Assembly (NCBI RefSeq): GCF_006345805.1
Contig: NC_043009.1
Location: 9,486,001 to 9,550,000, forward strand
Source: Octopus sinensis
Taxonomy: Eukaryota
DNA: 64,000 bases
Direction of reading: 5' to 3'
A program made the translations under genes and the position numbers. This document shows positions 52,374-64,000 of the stretch, piece after piece (position 1 is the stretch's first letter; each line of letters opens with the position of its first letter). The notes under the pieces were generated by a model. The model ran no database searches. It worked only from the letters and a program-made list of their open reading frames with translations, and had not been told where the DNA came from.

Positions 52374-52877
52374 ATACACATAGCAATATATAACTTCACA
52401 TATGTTTCTTTATAGACTACAAGGGACCAAACACAGAGGGGACAAACAAGGACAGACAAAGGGATTAAGTTGATTATATCGACCCCAGTGCGTAACTGGT
52501 ACTTATTTAATTGACCCCGAAAGGATGAAAGCCAAAGTCGACCTCGGCGGAATTTGAACTCAGAACGTAACGGCAGACGAAATACAGCTATGCATTTCGC
52601 CCAGCGTGCTAATGGTTCTGCCAGTGAGCTGGCCAGCTTGCAACTGAGTGATGCTTAGATACCTTCAATGTTTTTGATGATTTGCAGATATGCAGTTTGT
52701 CCAATGCAGATCATTGTTGGCAATAATGCCTAAGGTCACATTTGGTCTTTTATATTTTTCATATAAGCTGGGTTATATTTCTTTGGAGTACAAAGTATTC
52801 AACCAAGTTAAAACAAAAAATAAAATATGAAAATACCTTTAAAAATAGAAGTATTTTGAAAAGATTGCTTAAACTAT

Positions 52878-53268
52878 AGGCGTAGGAGTGGCTGTGTGGT
52901 AAGTAGCTTGCTTACTAACCACATGGTTCCAGGTTCAGTCCCACTGCGTGGAACCTTGGGCAAGTGTCTTCTACTATAGCCTTGGGCCAACCAAAGCCTT
53001 GTGAGTGGATTTGGAAGACGGAAACTGAAAGAAACCTGTCGTATATATGTATATGTGTGTGTGTGTGTGTGTTTGTCCCCCCCCCAACATCGCTTGACAA
53101 CCGATGCTGGTGTGTTTACGTCCCCGTAACTTAGCAGTTCGGCAAAAGAGACCGATAGAATAAGTACTAGGCTTACAAAGAATAAGTCCTGGGGTCGATT
53201 TGCTCGACTAAAGGCGGTGCTCCAGCATGGCCACAGCCAAATGACTGAAACAAGTAAAAGAGTAAAAC
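52878..53268 (+). mobile_element. SINE family A, full length
   Basis: Head GGCGTAGGAGTGGCTG to AGTAAAAGAGTAAAA tail. Confidence 0.9.
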
Positions 53269-53356
53269 TGTTTAACTATTTAGGCCAGAAATTCTATTTA
53301 TCTTCTAATATACCCTTCTGTCATATCCAGCAGTGTTGGTGTACCCCTTGTGAAGA

Positions 53357-53741
53357 ATCTCTCTCTATATAAACGGCAGTTTGTCTGTGCGTTTTCTGTG
53401 TGTCTGTTTTCTCGTACCCTCACTCTGACCACGGCTTTCAACCGATTCTGATGAAACTTGACACACACATAGCCCAATGTCATAATTCAAAACTAACGCA
53501 GCGAAAATTTTGAAAAGTTCCCCCAGTTCTGAAAAAAATCGATAAATTCGACATGGGGTCGAGAATCAGAAACCCAAACCACAGACCGTCTAGGGGACGC
53601 AACTCCACCTTTTTTAACTCGCAAAAAAATTTACCATCATTTTTTTCCCATTTTTTTGCTATTTTTTGGCTATAACTCTCTGAAAATGCTTTATAGTTAT
53701 TTCTCTTACAAACCTGAGCAACGCCGGGCGATACTGCTAGT
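53357..53741 (-). mobile_element. HINE-like element, family 2
   Basis: Ends ACTAGCAGTATCGCCCGGCGTTGCTC (minus 5') and TATATAGAGAGAGAT. The core differs from family 1. Confidence 0.72.
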
Positions 53742-53830
53742 ATATTATAAAATGGTTGGATAGCATAAACAGACAATGTATTATTTGTTATTAAAGTATA
53801 TTTGGTAGACAAGACTTCCAAACAACATAT

Positions 53831-54057
53831 CTGACCCATTAGCATTTAAACTGGCCATATCCACCCCCAATTATTCTTCCTGTTTTATGCTCAGACTGGC
53901 CTGATCTGGCCTCTCATACCTACCCTAATATCATTCTGAAAATATACCATTATATCATCAAATTTTCAAAGATATAAGATAACGTATAATTAATTCAAAA
54001 CAATAGGAATAAATAAGTATTACATTTGACTCAGTAATCTTAATGCTAAAAGATTAA
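53831..54057. mobile_element. TTAA-type MITE, second family (also about 22870-23089 and 34030-34130)
   Basis: CCATTAGCATTTAAACTGGCC ... TAATGCTAAAAGATTAA. The reverse complement occurs at 22870-23089, ending ATGCTAAAGGGTTAA. Confidence 0.55.
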
Positions 54058-55257
54058 CAAAGTTTTTTTTTCTATTCTATTTCTTTTAATAAATACTATT
54101 TACTAAACCTAACAGTCCACTATTGAAAAGTAGTTGGTTGTGGTTACTTCAAAATTCCAGTGTTTTCACAACTCATGTACCTCTGTATTTTCTCTTGCAT
54201 AGAGGGGACAAACAAGGACAGACATACGGATTAAGTCGATTACATTGACCCTAGTGCATAACCGGTACTTAATTTATTGACCCCGAAAGGCTGAAAGGCA
54301 AAGTCGACCTTGGCGGAATTTGAACTCAGAACGTAACTGCAGACGAAATATGGCTACGCATTTCGCTCGGCATTCTAACGTTTCTGCCAGCTCTCCGCCT
54401 TATGATCCTGACTGAAACTACTTAGCACACTGGAAACAGCATATCTGGACATTGCCCTTCATGAAAACACTCAATGCTTCATGGAGTGTGTGTGTGTGTG
54501 GGGGGGTGATGCATGACCTGTCAGGTGTGTTTAGCCCGTTGACCTTTCACTTCTGACACTGTGTCACACAACATGCAGCCAGTCTAGGGCATAGCTAAAA
54601 TAAAACACATCCAATGTGTACTTGACTTAAAGATCATCTCTTTTCTGTAGGATTATTTCAGCAGGGTTTACTGGGTTATTCCACTGGAAAAAACAATATT
54701 TGTGCATTTTATATTTTCAAGTATTTTGTATGAAAGGTGGACATCCTGATGTGTACACTGATAAGCTACTGAAATATAAACTTTTTATCAGCAAGCAGTT
54801 TAATGAGACACATGGGACAGAGAGTCACTGATGAAGTCACAGAATGTCTAATGACATTATTAATAATAATAAAACTGAAGTGAAGATCAAATAATTAGTG
54901 CTTGTATTTAATTGGCAAAAGATGACCGTCCCCAAGTATAACGCCATCTGTTTCGACACGTTCTCAAATCATGAATCTTTCAAAAAATATATAACTGTAA
55001 CAAAGTTTAATGATTGCTAAATATTTGTATTTGATGAACTAATTAATTTGTTAGAATATTTGTGTAGGAGGTGGGGGTGGAGGAGTAATGTCGATTTGAT
55101 GGAGGGAATGACCTTATGTGAACACAAGCATTTGATCAATATAAACAAATCATCTGTGTGCTTGTTCAGCAAGAAATTGCAGAACCCTGATACTCCGTCT
55201 AATGAGGGAAGAATCCATGATATATATATATATGTATGTATATGTATGGGGTGGATG

Positions 55258-55378
55258 TAGGTGTCTTCAAAATGAAACTGGACCTATTACTGCCAAGTGT
55301 CCAGATGAACCAACTTCACAGCAGGAGGTGCAGTTGAGGGCAGCAGCATCAAACTCCCTCATGCACCAAATGTCAATT
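55258..55378 (+). pseudogene. LINE (CR1/L2/Jockey group) RT C-terminal relic
   Basis: VFKMKLDLLLPSV / PDEPTSQQEVQLRAAASNSLMHQ across one frameshift. PDEP..RAAASNSL is a characteristic LINE ORF2 end. Confidence 0.65.
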
Positions 55379-55898
55379 TCTATATGTATATATCTCTTAT
55401 TATAAAAGGCAGATTTTATCTGCCTCCCTTTGGGAGTTATACAAATCTACAATATAGGATTTCTTCAATTACAATTTACCTTGCATTTTTAAGAGTACAA
55501 TGCATCGCGTCATGCCAGGTCCAGTTTTTAAAATTTAAACTCCAATTAAGCAAAATTTACAGAAAACTCACATTCTGGTGTGTGTGTCAAATGCTTTTCT
55601 TAGTCTGGTTTACAGCACACGCAAACGCACACACACAGTGGGCAACGAATAAAATGAAAGTAATTGACTTACTGTAGTGAGTGATTCTTTCACTCTGCCT
55701 CCCACTTCCTCTTTCAACACATAGACACGCAAATATATAAATAAAATTGTAAGCTAACGTGCGTGTGTGTGAGTGGGTGTGTGTGGGTGTGCGCGTGTGT
55801 GTGTGTGAGGGTGCGTGTGTGTGTGTGTGCGTGTGCGTGAGTGTGTGACAGGAAAGTTTTTTACAACGAATATAACACCTATATCCAAGTAGCAGAAA

Positions 55899-56378
55899 GA
55901 TAAGACAGTAAGGTGTGATTTGAGGGAGATTTGGCTGCTATTTCTACCATGTCTAGCTGCCATGTAGGGGTCTCCCTCATAGGCTCATACATACATATAT
56001 ACATAGATAAGACAGTAAGGTGTGATTTGGGGGAAATTTGGCTGCTATTTCTACCAGGTCTAGCTGCCATGTAGGGGTCTCCCTCATAGGCTCATACATA
56101 CATATATACATAGATAAGACAGTAAGGTGTGATTTGGGGGAAATTTGGCTGCTGTTTCTACCAGGTCTAGCTGCCATGTAGGGGTCTCCCTCATAGGCTC
56201 ATACATACATATATACATAGATAAGACAGTAAGGTGTGATTTGGAGGAAATTTGGCTGCTATTTCTACCAGGTCTAGCTACCATGTAGAGGTCCCCCTCA
56301 TTGGCTCATATATATATACATACATAAGACAGTAAGGTGTGATTTGAGGGAGATTTGGCTGCTGTTTCTACCAGGTCT
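55899..56378. repeat. 107-bp tandem repeat, about 4.5 units
   Basis: TAAGACAGTAAGGTGTGATTT at 55901, 56008, 56115, 56222 and 56325. Confidence 0.95.
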
Positions 56379-56821
56379 GTTAGGCCTTCTCATGTAAACT
56401 CAAGCTTTCTCATGCCTTGAACATAAGACCAAAGCAGAGAATGTATTCTTTTATTCTTCTGCTTTTTCCAGCCATTGGTCTGTGGCCATGCTGGGGCAAT
56501 GCCTTGAAGAATTGTAGTTTAATGAATCAACTCCAGTTTTATTTTTGTAAGCATTGTACTTATTCTATCTGTTTCCTTTGTCAAACCACTAGGTGACAGG
56601 GATGTAAACAAAACAACATTTGTTGTCAAGCAGTGGTGGAGAACAATCACAAGCACAGACACGCACACATACACACATACATGCATACACATATACACAC
56701 ATACATACATACATACATATATATATATGTGTGTATATATATATTGCAGCGTGGAAGGTGTTTGTAAGCCATTTAAGAAACACACAAAAACCGTTACATT
56801 CACTTCAACATTTAAATTTAA

Positions 56822-56872
56822 TTTGCCAAAATATTTTCGTCGCTTTCAGACCGCGACCTGTTCACTGACAAA
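56822..56872 (-). ncRNA. Putative hammerhead with a G3:C8 core variant
   Basis: TTTGTCA-GTGAACA-G-GTCGC ggtctgaaa GCGAC-GAAA-ATATT-T-TGGCAAA. Confidence 0.55.
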
Positions 56873-57169
56873 AATATCGTGCTAACAGGTCGCGGTCTCA
56901 AAGCGACGAAAATATTTTGACAAATTAAATTTAAATGTTGAAGTGAATCTAACGGTTTTTGTGTGTTTCTTAAATGGCTTATAAACACCTTCAACGCTGC
57001 AACTGTTTTCGTTCCAGCACACGATCTCAGATCAAGTCACTTGCTATGCAAGTACATCTCTGTAACTATATATATATTTATATATATATATATATATATA
57101 TGTATATTGGTAAAAACAGTAAGATAACAAAAGAAAGAAAGAGACCTCAATATTATGTAAATAGAGGAA

Positions 57170-57565
57170 ATCTTTATATATAAAAGTGAGGTTGTGTGTC
57201 TGTCTCCTACGATTTAGATTCCTAACTACTCCCACATTTTGCGGTGCAGTTTAACCAAAACCGGGTATCTTATAGTCGTGATTCATATCGAGCCCTTCTG
57301 GGTATTAGCGTGCGTCTACGATGAGTCTACGATTTTAAAAAAAATTTACCATCAATTTTTCCCATTTTTAATCCATTTTTGACATATATAAGGGAAGTAA
57401 CTCTCTAAAATTTATTATTAAATCTCAGAACGTAAAAAGCTACAGTAACACCCCTCCCCCTTTGTGGTTAGCCATATTGAGATGGCTATTATACTTTACA
57501 TCTCTAAAAATGCTTATATAATTATTTCCCTTACAAACCCGAGCAACGCCGGGCGATACTGCTAG

Positions 57566-57566
<1 letters not shown>
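57170..57566 (-). mobile_element. HINE-like element, family 3
   Basis: Same ACTAGCAGTATCGCCCGGCGTTGCTCGGG start as 53741 but a different core, and a TATATAAAGAT end. Confidence 0.72.
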
Positions 57567-57598
<32 letters not shown>

Positions 57599-57654
57599 GT
57601 GTGTATGTATGTATGTATGTATGTTTGTATGTATGTATGTATATGTATATATAT

Positions 57655-58140
57655 ATATCATCATCATTTAACGTCCGCTTTCCATGCTAACATGGGTTGG
57701 ACGATTTGACTGGGGTCTGGCGAACCAGACTCCAATCTGATCTGGCAGAGTTTCTACAGCTGGATGCCCTTCCTAACGCCAACCACCCCGAGAGTGTATG
57801 GGTGCTATCACGTGCCAACGGCACGAGGGCCAGTTGGTACGAGGGCCAGTTCGGCACGAGGGCCAGTTTGGCACGATGGCCAGTTATATATATATATACA
57901 TGTATATATATATATATACATGTAAATATATATATATATGTGTGTATGTATATACATACATACATTTATCACCACCACTTCCATCATGGTTATTATTTAA
58001 TGTCCATGTTCCACACCGACACAAGTTGGACGGTTTGACAGAATCCAGTGGGTCTGAGGACTGCATTGTGCTCCACTGCCTGCTTTGTCGTGATTTCTAC
58101 AGCTGGATGCCCTTCCTAATGCCAACCACCTTACAGTGTG
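57655..58140 (-). mobile_element. Two RTE-type 3' tails
   Basis: TTTCTACAGCTGGATGCCCTTCCTAA(C/T)GCCAACCAC block at about 57750 and 58095. Confidence 0.72.
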
Positions 58141-59622
58141 CCACTCTCCTTATACATATATATATATAATTTATTTACATATTTATATATATACTTATAT
58201 GCACACACATACATCATTTATATATATATATATATAAAATAGAAAATTATGTAAAACCCCTAAACAATAATTATTCTATAAATAAATGAAATTATACCAA
58301 ACTCCCGTCTAATTTTTGTAGCAAGTGAATCCTGAAACAACAAAGAATTTTTGCGAGAATAGACAAGGTTAATTATTCTATTATGCAGAGTTGTTTTCAG
58401 CAGAAAATAAACTAGTTTTAATTCTAATTAATTTTCTTTGATCAATTCAATTAGTAGAGTAGATTGATTGAAATAATTTCCTTCTAGTGAATAATTAATT
58501 GTTGTTTTGACATCAATGTCTTTATCTTCCAAGAAAGGAAACACACAAAAAAAAAATGAAAAATTTTTCCCCCCTTCTGTTCATATTTTTTTTGTATTTT
58601 TATTATTACTATTATTTTTATTATTATTTTTTTATATTATTATTATTATTATTATTATTATTATCATTATTATTATTATTATTATTATTATTGGCTATAC
58701 TGCTTAATCTGAGAAATTTGATTTATGTATTATAGGCCCTGTTTTGACTAGTCAGTTTGGCAACTAATATTGGGTGATCTTCCCGCATACTTCCTTCTTC
58801 TTCTCTTCATTTATTTTTTACTCCTATGCATGTGTGTGTGTGCATGTGCAGATGTGTGTTTTGTGTGTGTGTGTGCACATGCATGTGTGCGTTTCTGTTG
58901 AAGTGAAAATACAATTATGGTCTATTTCCCAATTTTGTGTCCTTTTGAGGTTTGGAATTTTTTAAATTCCTCAAGTTTGGTTGTTAACATCAATATGTTC
59001 CTCGTCTCCCCCTCTCTTCACGTTCAAGATAAGATACGCTGAACCATCAAAACCTGACACCAGTACTCATTCTCCTCAATAAAAGCAAGCTGTGTATTGA
59101 TTTGTATAATTTTAACTATTTAAAAGTTTCCATGGTGCTTTTAAGCTCGTGAAGCCACACATGTAACAATTCAGAATTGTTTGGTCTCTCTCTTTCTCTT
59201 CTCCTTCCCCCTTCTTTCTCTGTCTCTCTCTCTTTCTCGTACTTGCCGAACTAATTAAATGATATTAATCAATGAGTATTATTATTTTTTAATTAATTAA
59301 TATTTATCATTGATTAATATTATTTCATTTTCTCCTTGTCGCTTAATTATTTCTAGTTAGCTTCATTTTATTTTTTTTAATGCTAACTAGAAATTACCAG
59401 TAACATATTTATTTGCCTGTGTAGCTTTGAATAAGGGGACACTGTATCCCTATTTGAAGCATAAAATACATTAATTTAAATTTACCATCACCACCAACAC
59501 CACTTACATTTTCACCTCCTCTTCCTACTACTCCTTTTCTTATACTCTCCTCTTCCTACTCCCCTTTTCCCCACACCCCTTCTCCTACTCTCCTTCTTAC
59601 ATATACGTGCATACACACGCAT

Positions 59623-59662
<40 letters not shown>

Positions 59663-59942
59663 GCTTTTCTTAATTTCTTTTACCCATATCCACTCTCAAA
59701 GCTTTTGTTGACCCAGAGCTCTAAAATAGAAGACATTTTACTGTACAGTGAGATTGAACCGAAACCCATGAGGTTGTAAAACAAACTTAACAACATATCT
59801 ATGTCTCCTTATAGCCATGTCTATACCTTTGAAAAAAAAAAGAAAAATCCACACACTAGGATTGAACTCAAAGCCACATGGTTGTAACGTGAACTTCTTA
59901 ACCACACAGCTATGTCTTTATCCGTAGCCATGACCATGCCTT

Positions 59943-60171
59943 TTAACCCTTTCGTTACCGTATTTATTTTGAGATGCTCTGTGTTGCTTTCAATTATTTT
60001 AAATATAACAAAGAATTTAGTAAAATAACTTAGTTATCATTAAGCTAGTGTTAGAAACATGAATTGTGACTAAGGTGTGGTGGTATATTTTGATGCAAAA
60101 TTTATGGAAACAAGACATTTGTACTACAGAGCCAGAGCCGGTTTTGGCCGGGTTAGTAACGAAAGGGTTAA
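59943..60171. mobile_element. TTAA-flanked MITE
   Basis: TTAACCCTTTCGTTAC ... GTAACGAAAGGGTTAA, perfect 16-bp terminal inverted repeat including TTAA. Confidence 0.85.
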
Positions 60172-60569
60172 ATAAATAAAAAGTTCATGTCGCATATAGA
60201 CTGTTTTTAGTGTGTAATAATGTTGAGGAATTCCATTTCATTTAGAAACAACTTGTCTAGACCATTTATAGAAAACTTTAAATATGTTATGCATCTGTCT
60301 GGTTTTAGCTGATAATCATTGTTTGATGTTTGTATTTTCACATTGATTCCATTCAGTCTCTTAGTATTTATGATTTGTTTTATATTTAGTATTAATGCAT
60401 TAATATCTTATACTTAGTACACTCTCATGTTTTGTGGTTTGTTCTATAAACAGTCATCTCTTATTATTTGTGGTCTGCTTTATATAAAACACATTAGTAT
60501 CTTGTGTACTTTGTTGGTTGGTTTGTCTTATAGTTGTCTTATTTTTGTGGGCTGTTTTATATTATAGTA

Positions 60570-61020
60570 CAAGACCCATCAAGTCAAGCAGAATCACACT
60601 TGTGACAGATACTGGTGTCACGCAAATTGGCATCCATGCCAGTGGCATGTAAAGGCATCCTGGTGTCATGCAAATTGGCATCCGTGCGAGTGGCACGTAA
60701 AAGCACCCTGGTGTCACGCAAATTGGCACCCATGCCAGTGGCACATAAAAGCACCCTGGTGTCACGCAAATTGGCACCCGTGCCAGTGGCACGTAAAAGC
60801 ACCCTGGTGTCATGCAAATTGGCAGCTGTGCTGGTGGCACATAAAAACACCCATTGCACTCTTGGAGGGATTGGTGTTAAGAAGGGCATCCAGCTGTGGA
60901 AAACCATGCCAAATCAGACTGGAGTCTGGTACAGCCTTCCAGTGTGCCAGCCTGGTCAAACCGTCCAACCCATGCCAGCATGGACAATGGACATTAAATG
61001 ATGATGATGATGATGATAGT
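60570..61020 (+). mobile_element. RTE-type retroposon tail with an internal 48-bp tandem expansion
   Basis: GTTAAGAAGGGCATCCAGCTGTGGAAA ... GGACATTAAATGATGATG end, with 5 units at 60612-60851. Confidence 0.72.
60612..60851. repeat. 48-bp tandem repeat, 5 units
   Basis: CTGGTGTCA(C/T)GCAAATTGGCA at 60612, 60660, 60708, 60756 and 60804. Confidence 0.95.
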
Positions 61021-61021
61021 C

Positions 61022-61362
61022 TTTTACTGTGGGATATCCTGTATAGTATGGCACTCTGACAGTTATGACGATGAGGGTTCCAGTTGATCCAATCAGTGGA
61101 CAGCCTGCTCATGAAATTAACATGCAAGTGGCTGAGTACTCCACAGACATGTGTACCCTTAATGTAGTTCTCAGGACGATTCAGCGTGTGACAAGGCTGG
61201 GCCTTTGAATTACAGGTACTACTTGTTTTTGCCAGCTGAGTGGACTGGAGCAACATGAAATAAAGTGACTTGTTTAAGGACACAATGCATCACTGGTAAT
61301 TGAAATCATGACCTTACAATCGTGAGCTGAATACCCTAACCACTAAGCCATGCACCTTCACC
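61022..61362 (-). mobile_element. SINE with a family D-like head and a different 3' half
   Basis: The head matches family D as far as CTCCAGTCCACTCAGCTG and then diverges. Confidence 0.7.
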
Positions 61363-61405
61363 CTGTATAGTATATACATCTGTTAGTTGTGGATTGTTCT
61401 ATATT

Positions 61406-61690
61406 CAGGGTGGGACAGAGAGGAGGGGTGTTTTTGAAATTCACAAAATCATTAAGTTTAGCTGCAAACATTTTATTGACACCACTGTGTTTGTATTGAA
61501 TTAGTATTTGTCAAATCAAGTGTGGAAAACAGCATCCATCGTGTGGTGTCTGTTTCCGTTGATGCATTTCTGAAGACGTTCTTGGAAGTTGGCCTCCACT
61601 CTCTCCAGCATTGCTCCGTCAATTTGAGCGACATCCAGTTCGGTATTGTTCCTATTGCTGGATACACTTCCTAATACCAACTACTTTACA
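61406..61690 (-). mobile_element. Tc1/mariner-superfamily 3' end fragment
   Basis: TIR-like CAGGGTGGGACAG at 61406. One minus frame reads IDGAMLERVEANFQERLQKCINGNRHH, a transposase C-terminal pattern. Confidence 0.65.
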
Positions 61691-62063
61691 GAAGTTGTCG
61701 TGCGTGTGTTTTAGTAGGGACAGAAACATGGATGGATATATTTATACGCTTGTGATCAGAAGACAAAACATTTGAAACATATAAATGCACACATTCGACA
61801 GAAAGTGAATGTATATCAAAAAATTATTAGCTCCTGAGGTTTGTTGTTTACATAAACAATGTATTATGATAAACATGTCATTCTTAATGATCCCCAAGGT
61901 AACTTTCAATTATGGTATTGTGAAAACTTTCATCACCACATTACTACTGTGTCACACTAGTAAGTTATCAATAAGTTCTGTTGTGTTGGGTTTTTTTTCT
62001 TCCATACAGAATATTTCCATGTTTTGTTTATTGATTTTAAATAATACACAGTCTTGATTCCAG

Positions 62064-62149
62064 GCAAGGAATGACCAAAATGTATGAAGAAATCAAAGCT
62101 TTTGTGAATCGAGTAGGTCTTAAACAGTCTCAGATAGCTGCCATGACAG
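62064..62149 (+). CDS. HMBOX1: Next coding exon, start of the HNF1/POU-like DNA-binding subdomain (KQGMTKMYEEIKAFVNRVGLKQSQIAAMTG)
   Basis: The ttccAG acceptor at 62062-62063 completes AA+G=Lys from the previous exon, and the donor GTAATA is at 62150. The peptide aligns without gaps to HMBOX1 ELMRRDSSVIKEEIKAFLANRRISQAVVAQVTG. Confidence 0.87.
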
Positions 62150-62376
62150 GTAATAAACAATTTTTCATTATTCTTGTGTCGTTAATTATTGTTACTTGCT
62201 GTAATTTTTTTATGTGCATTTTTAACAAAATAACTAATAACATATATAGCTGTCTGTTGATCTGTTTGTCTATCTTTATGTTCCTATCTATCTATCTGGC
62301 TGTCAGTCTTTCTATTCATCTATATATCTATTGATCTGTCTGATGTTCTGTTTAACTGCCTTACTCTCTACAACTG

Positions 62377-62663
<287 letters not shown>

Positions 62664-62665
<2 letters not shown>

Positions 62666-63107
62666 AGGTCTGATCAATAAGTATCCAGACTGTTGCCATA
62701 GTAACAAAGCTAAAGCATGCAGAGTGAAGCCGCTTGGCACAGATTGACCTTGAACTCTGCTGTGCATACGCACTAAATTTTAACGTTCTGGCTCACTCCT
62801 GCTATTTACAGCAATGCTTGGAAGGAAGGTGTGTAGCATGTGATCATTGACCATGACAGAGAAAGTTGTCTTGGCGATACCTGCTCAGAGGCCTAGACCT
62901 GCTCAGAGTTGCAGAAAGTGTATGGAGAGGAGTGTATGAGCCACACACAAGTGTACGAGTGGTTCAGACGTTTCCAAGATGGCCAAATAAATGTAGATAT
63001 TGACGAATGTTCTCAGAGATCCACAATGGGTGGAACGGAGAAAAACATCACAGACATGTATGCAGCTGTGAGGGAAAATTGTCAAATTACTGTACTTCAA
63101 TACTACA
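62664..63107 (+). mobile_element. Mariner 5' fragment with HTH remnant
   Basis: TIR-like TAAGGTCTGATCAATAAGTATCC. Peptide LQKVYGEECMSHTQVYEWFRRFQDG is a mariner N-terminal HTH. Internally deleted. Confidence 0.82.
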
Positions 63108-64000
63108 CCCACACTTAGTTGAGGGTGGCACGGTTTTGTCTTGTGAATTATATGGAGACTTCACTAATGCTGGTGCCATGTTAAATGTACCCAATACCCT
63201 ATGTAAAGTGGTTGGTGTTATGAAGAGCATCCAGCCAGGGAAACCTTGCTGAAGCAGACAATGGATGTTGAGATCTAGTCTACTGGCTCATAAGCTGATG
63301 ATGACAATGATGATGAGGTTGACAATGGTGCTGAGGATAATGATGATGATGATGATGATGGTGGTGATGATGATGATGATGAATGCATCATTTTGCAGTG
63401 AAGATTTTTCCAATCTTTTGGTTGTGGTCTCCAAATTATCAAAAGCGGTGTTTATAGAGGATCATATATACGTCTTGAACTCATGATTCAGTAGTTCAGA
63501 CAATGGGGTAGGGGTGAGGGTGAGTATTAAGAACCGTCCAAAATAGAGTTAGTTGCATTGTTGCATTTAATGTACTTAGTCTCGGTGGTTCATTCAGTGT
63601 ATTTAGTAGCACCAAATACATTTAGTATACTTCAATTATTGATCCATAATGATTGGAACTGAAATTCCACTTCACCTTATGATCGTATTTATTACAAAAT
63701 GCATGTCAAGTTGGTGCAGCATTTGACTCTTGAGTATTTTATTTATTGATTAATTTATTGATTTAGACTAGTTATGATTACTTGATCACCGAACCAACAT
63801 ATATAAAATGCTAAGTTTTCTGTGTTTGATTATACAAATTGTGTTGTTATAAATTATGTTAATTATTTCTCAAGAAAAGTTTCTTTTCTTGACAGACCCA
63901 TCTTCTATTTGCTATTTGCCATCTCTAATTATCAGAACAGCAATTAACAGTCTTCTAACCATTTTAATCTTGCCTAATATCTTCCATGCATTCCTAACAC

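Larger units (their letters stand above)
51260..54400 (-). mobile_element. SINE family B copies at about 51260-51465, 52415-52630 and 54200-54400
   Basis: Reverse complements of family B. The span includes other elements. Confidence 0.75.

Noticed and set aside
55754-56284. Repeated MAARPGRNSSQ ORFs and a spacer-like periodic array
   Set aside because: A 107-bp tandem repeat with identical interiors, so neither a gene nor a CRISPR array.
58322-58367. 46-nt AG/GT-bounded segment that would be a poison exon
   Set aside because: Weak donor (GTTAAT) and no independent support, and such signals are common by chance in AT-rich introns.
60562-61001. ORFs with 16-aa repeats
   Set aside because: Translation of the 48-bp VNTR inside a retroposon tail.
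63896-64000. Acceptor-like ttcttgacAG followed by an open frame
   Set aside because: The peptide does not resemble the expected next HMBOX1 segment (ISQSRISHWL-like).

Overview
AT-rich, repeat-dense eukaryotic genomic DNA. The SINE families and extreme microsatellite load suggest a coleoid cephalopod, probably Octopus (inference from recalled repeat sequences, not from a search). One host gene is supported on the + strand: an HMBOX1/HNF1-class homeobox gene. It has a candidate first coding exon at 21843-21920, a 743-nt exon at 35297-36039 and an 86-nt exon at 62064-62149 that joins in frame across a 26-kb intron. The homeodomain exons lie beyond the window. The rest is intronic or upstream DNA made of at least four tRNA-derived SINE families, RTE-type 3' tails, CR1/L2 LINE relics, Tc1/mariner relics, TTAA (piggyBac-like) MITEs, Helentron/DINE-1-like elements, a TTAGGG-carrying MITE, minisatellites and microsatellites. 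The most striking unexplained signal is a set of about eight short, mutually unrelated elements carrying minimal type-I hammerhead-ribozyme folds. Several sit at the apex of 34-128 bp inverted repeats, and one has a compensatory G3:C8 core swap. The architecture resembles Penelope-like element pseudo-LTR footprints or retrozymes. All folds were read by eye and no cleavage activity is shown. Repeat boundaries are approximate unless TSD or TIR coordinates are given.
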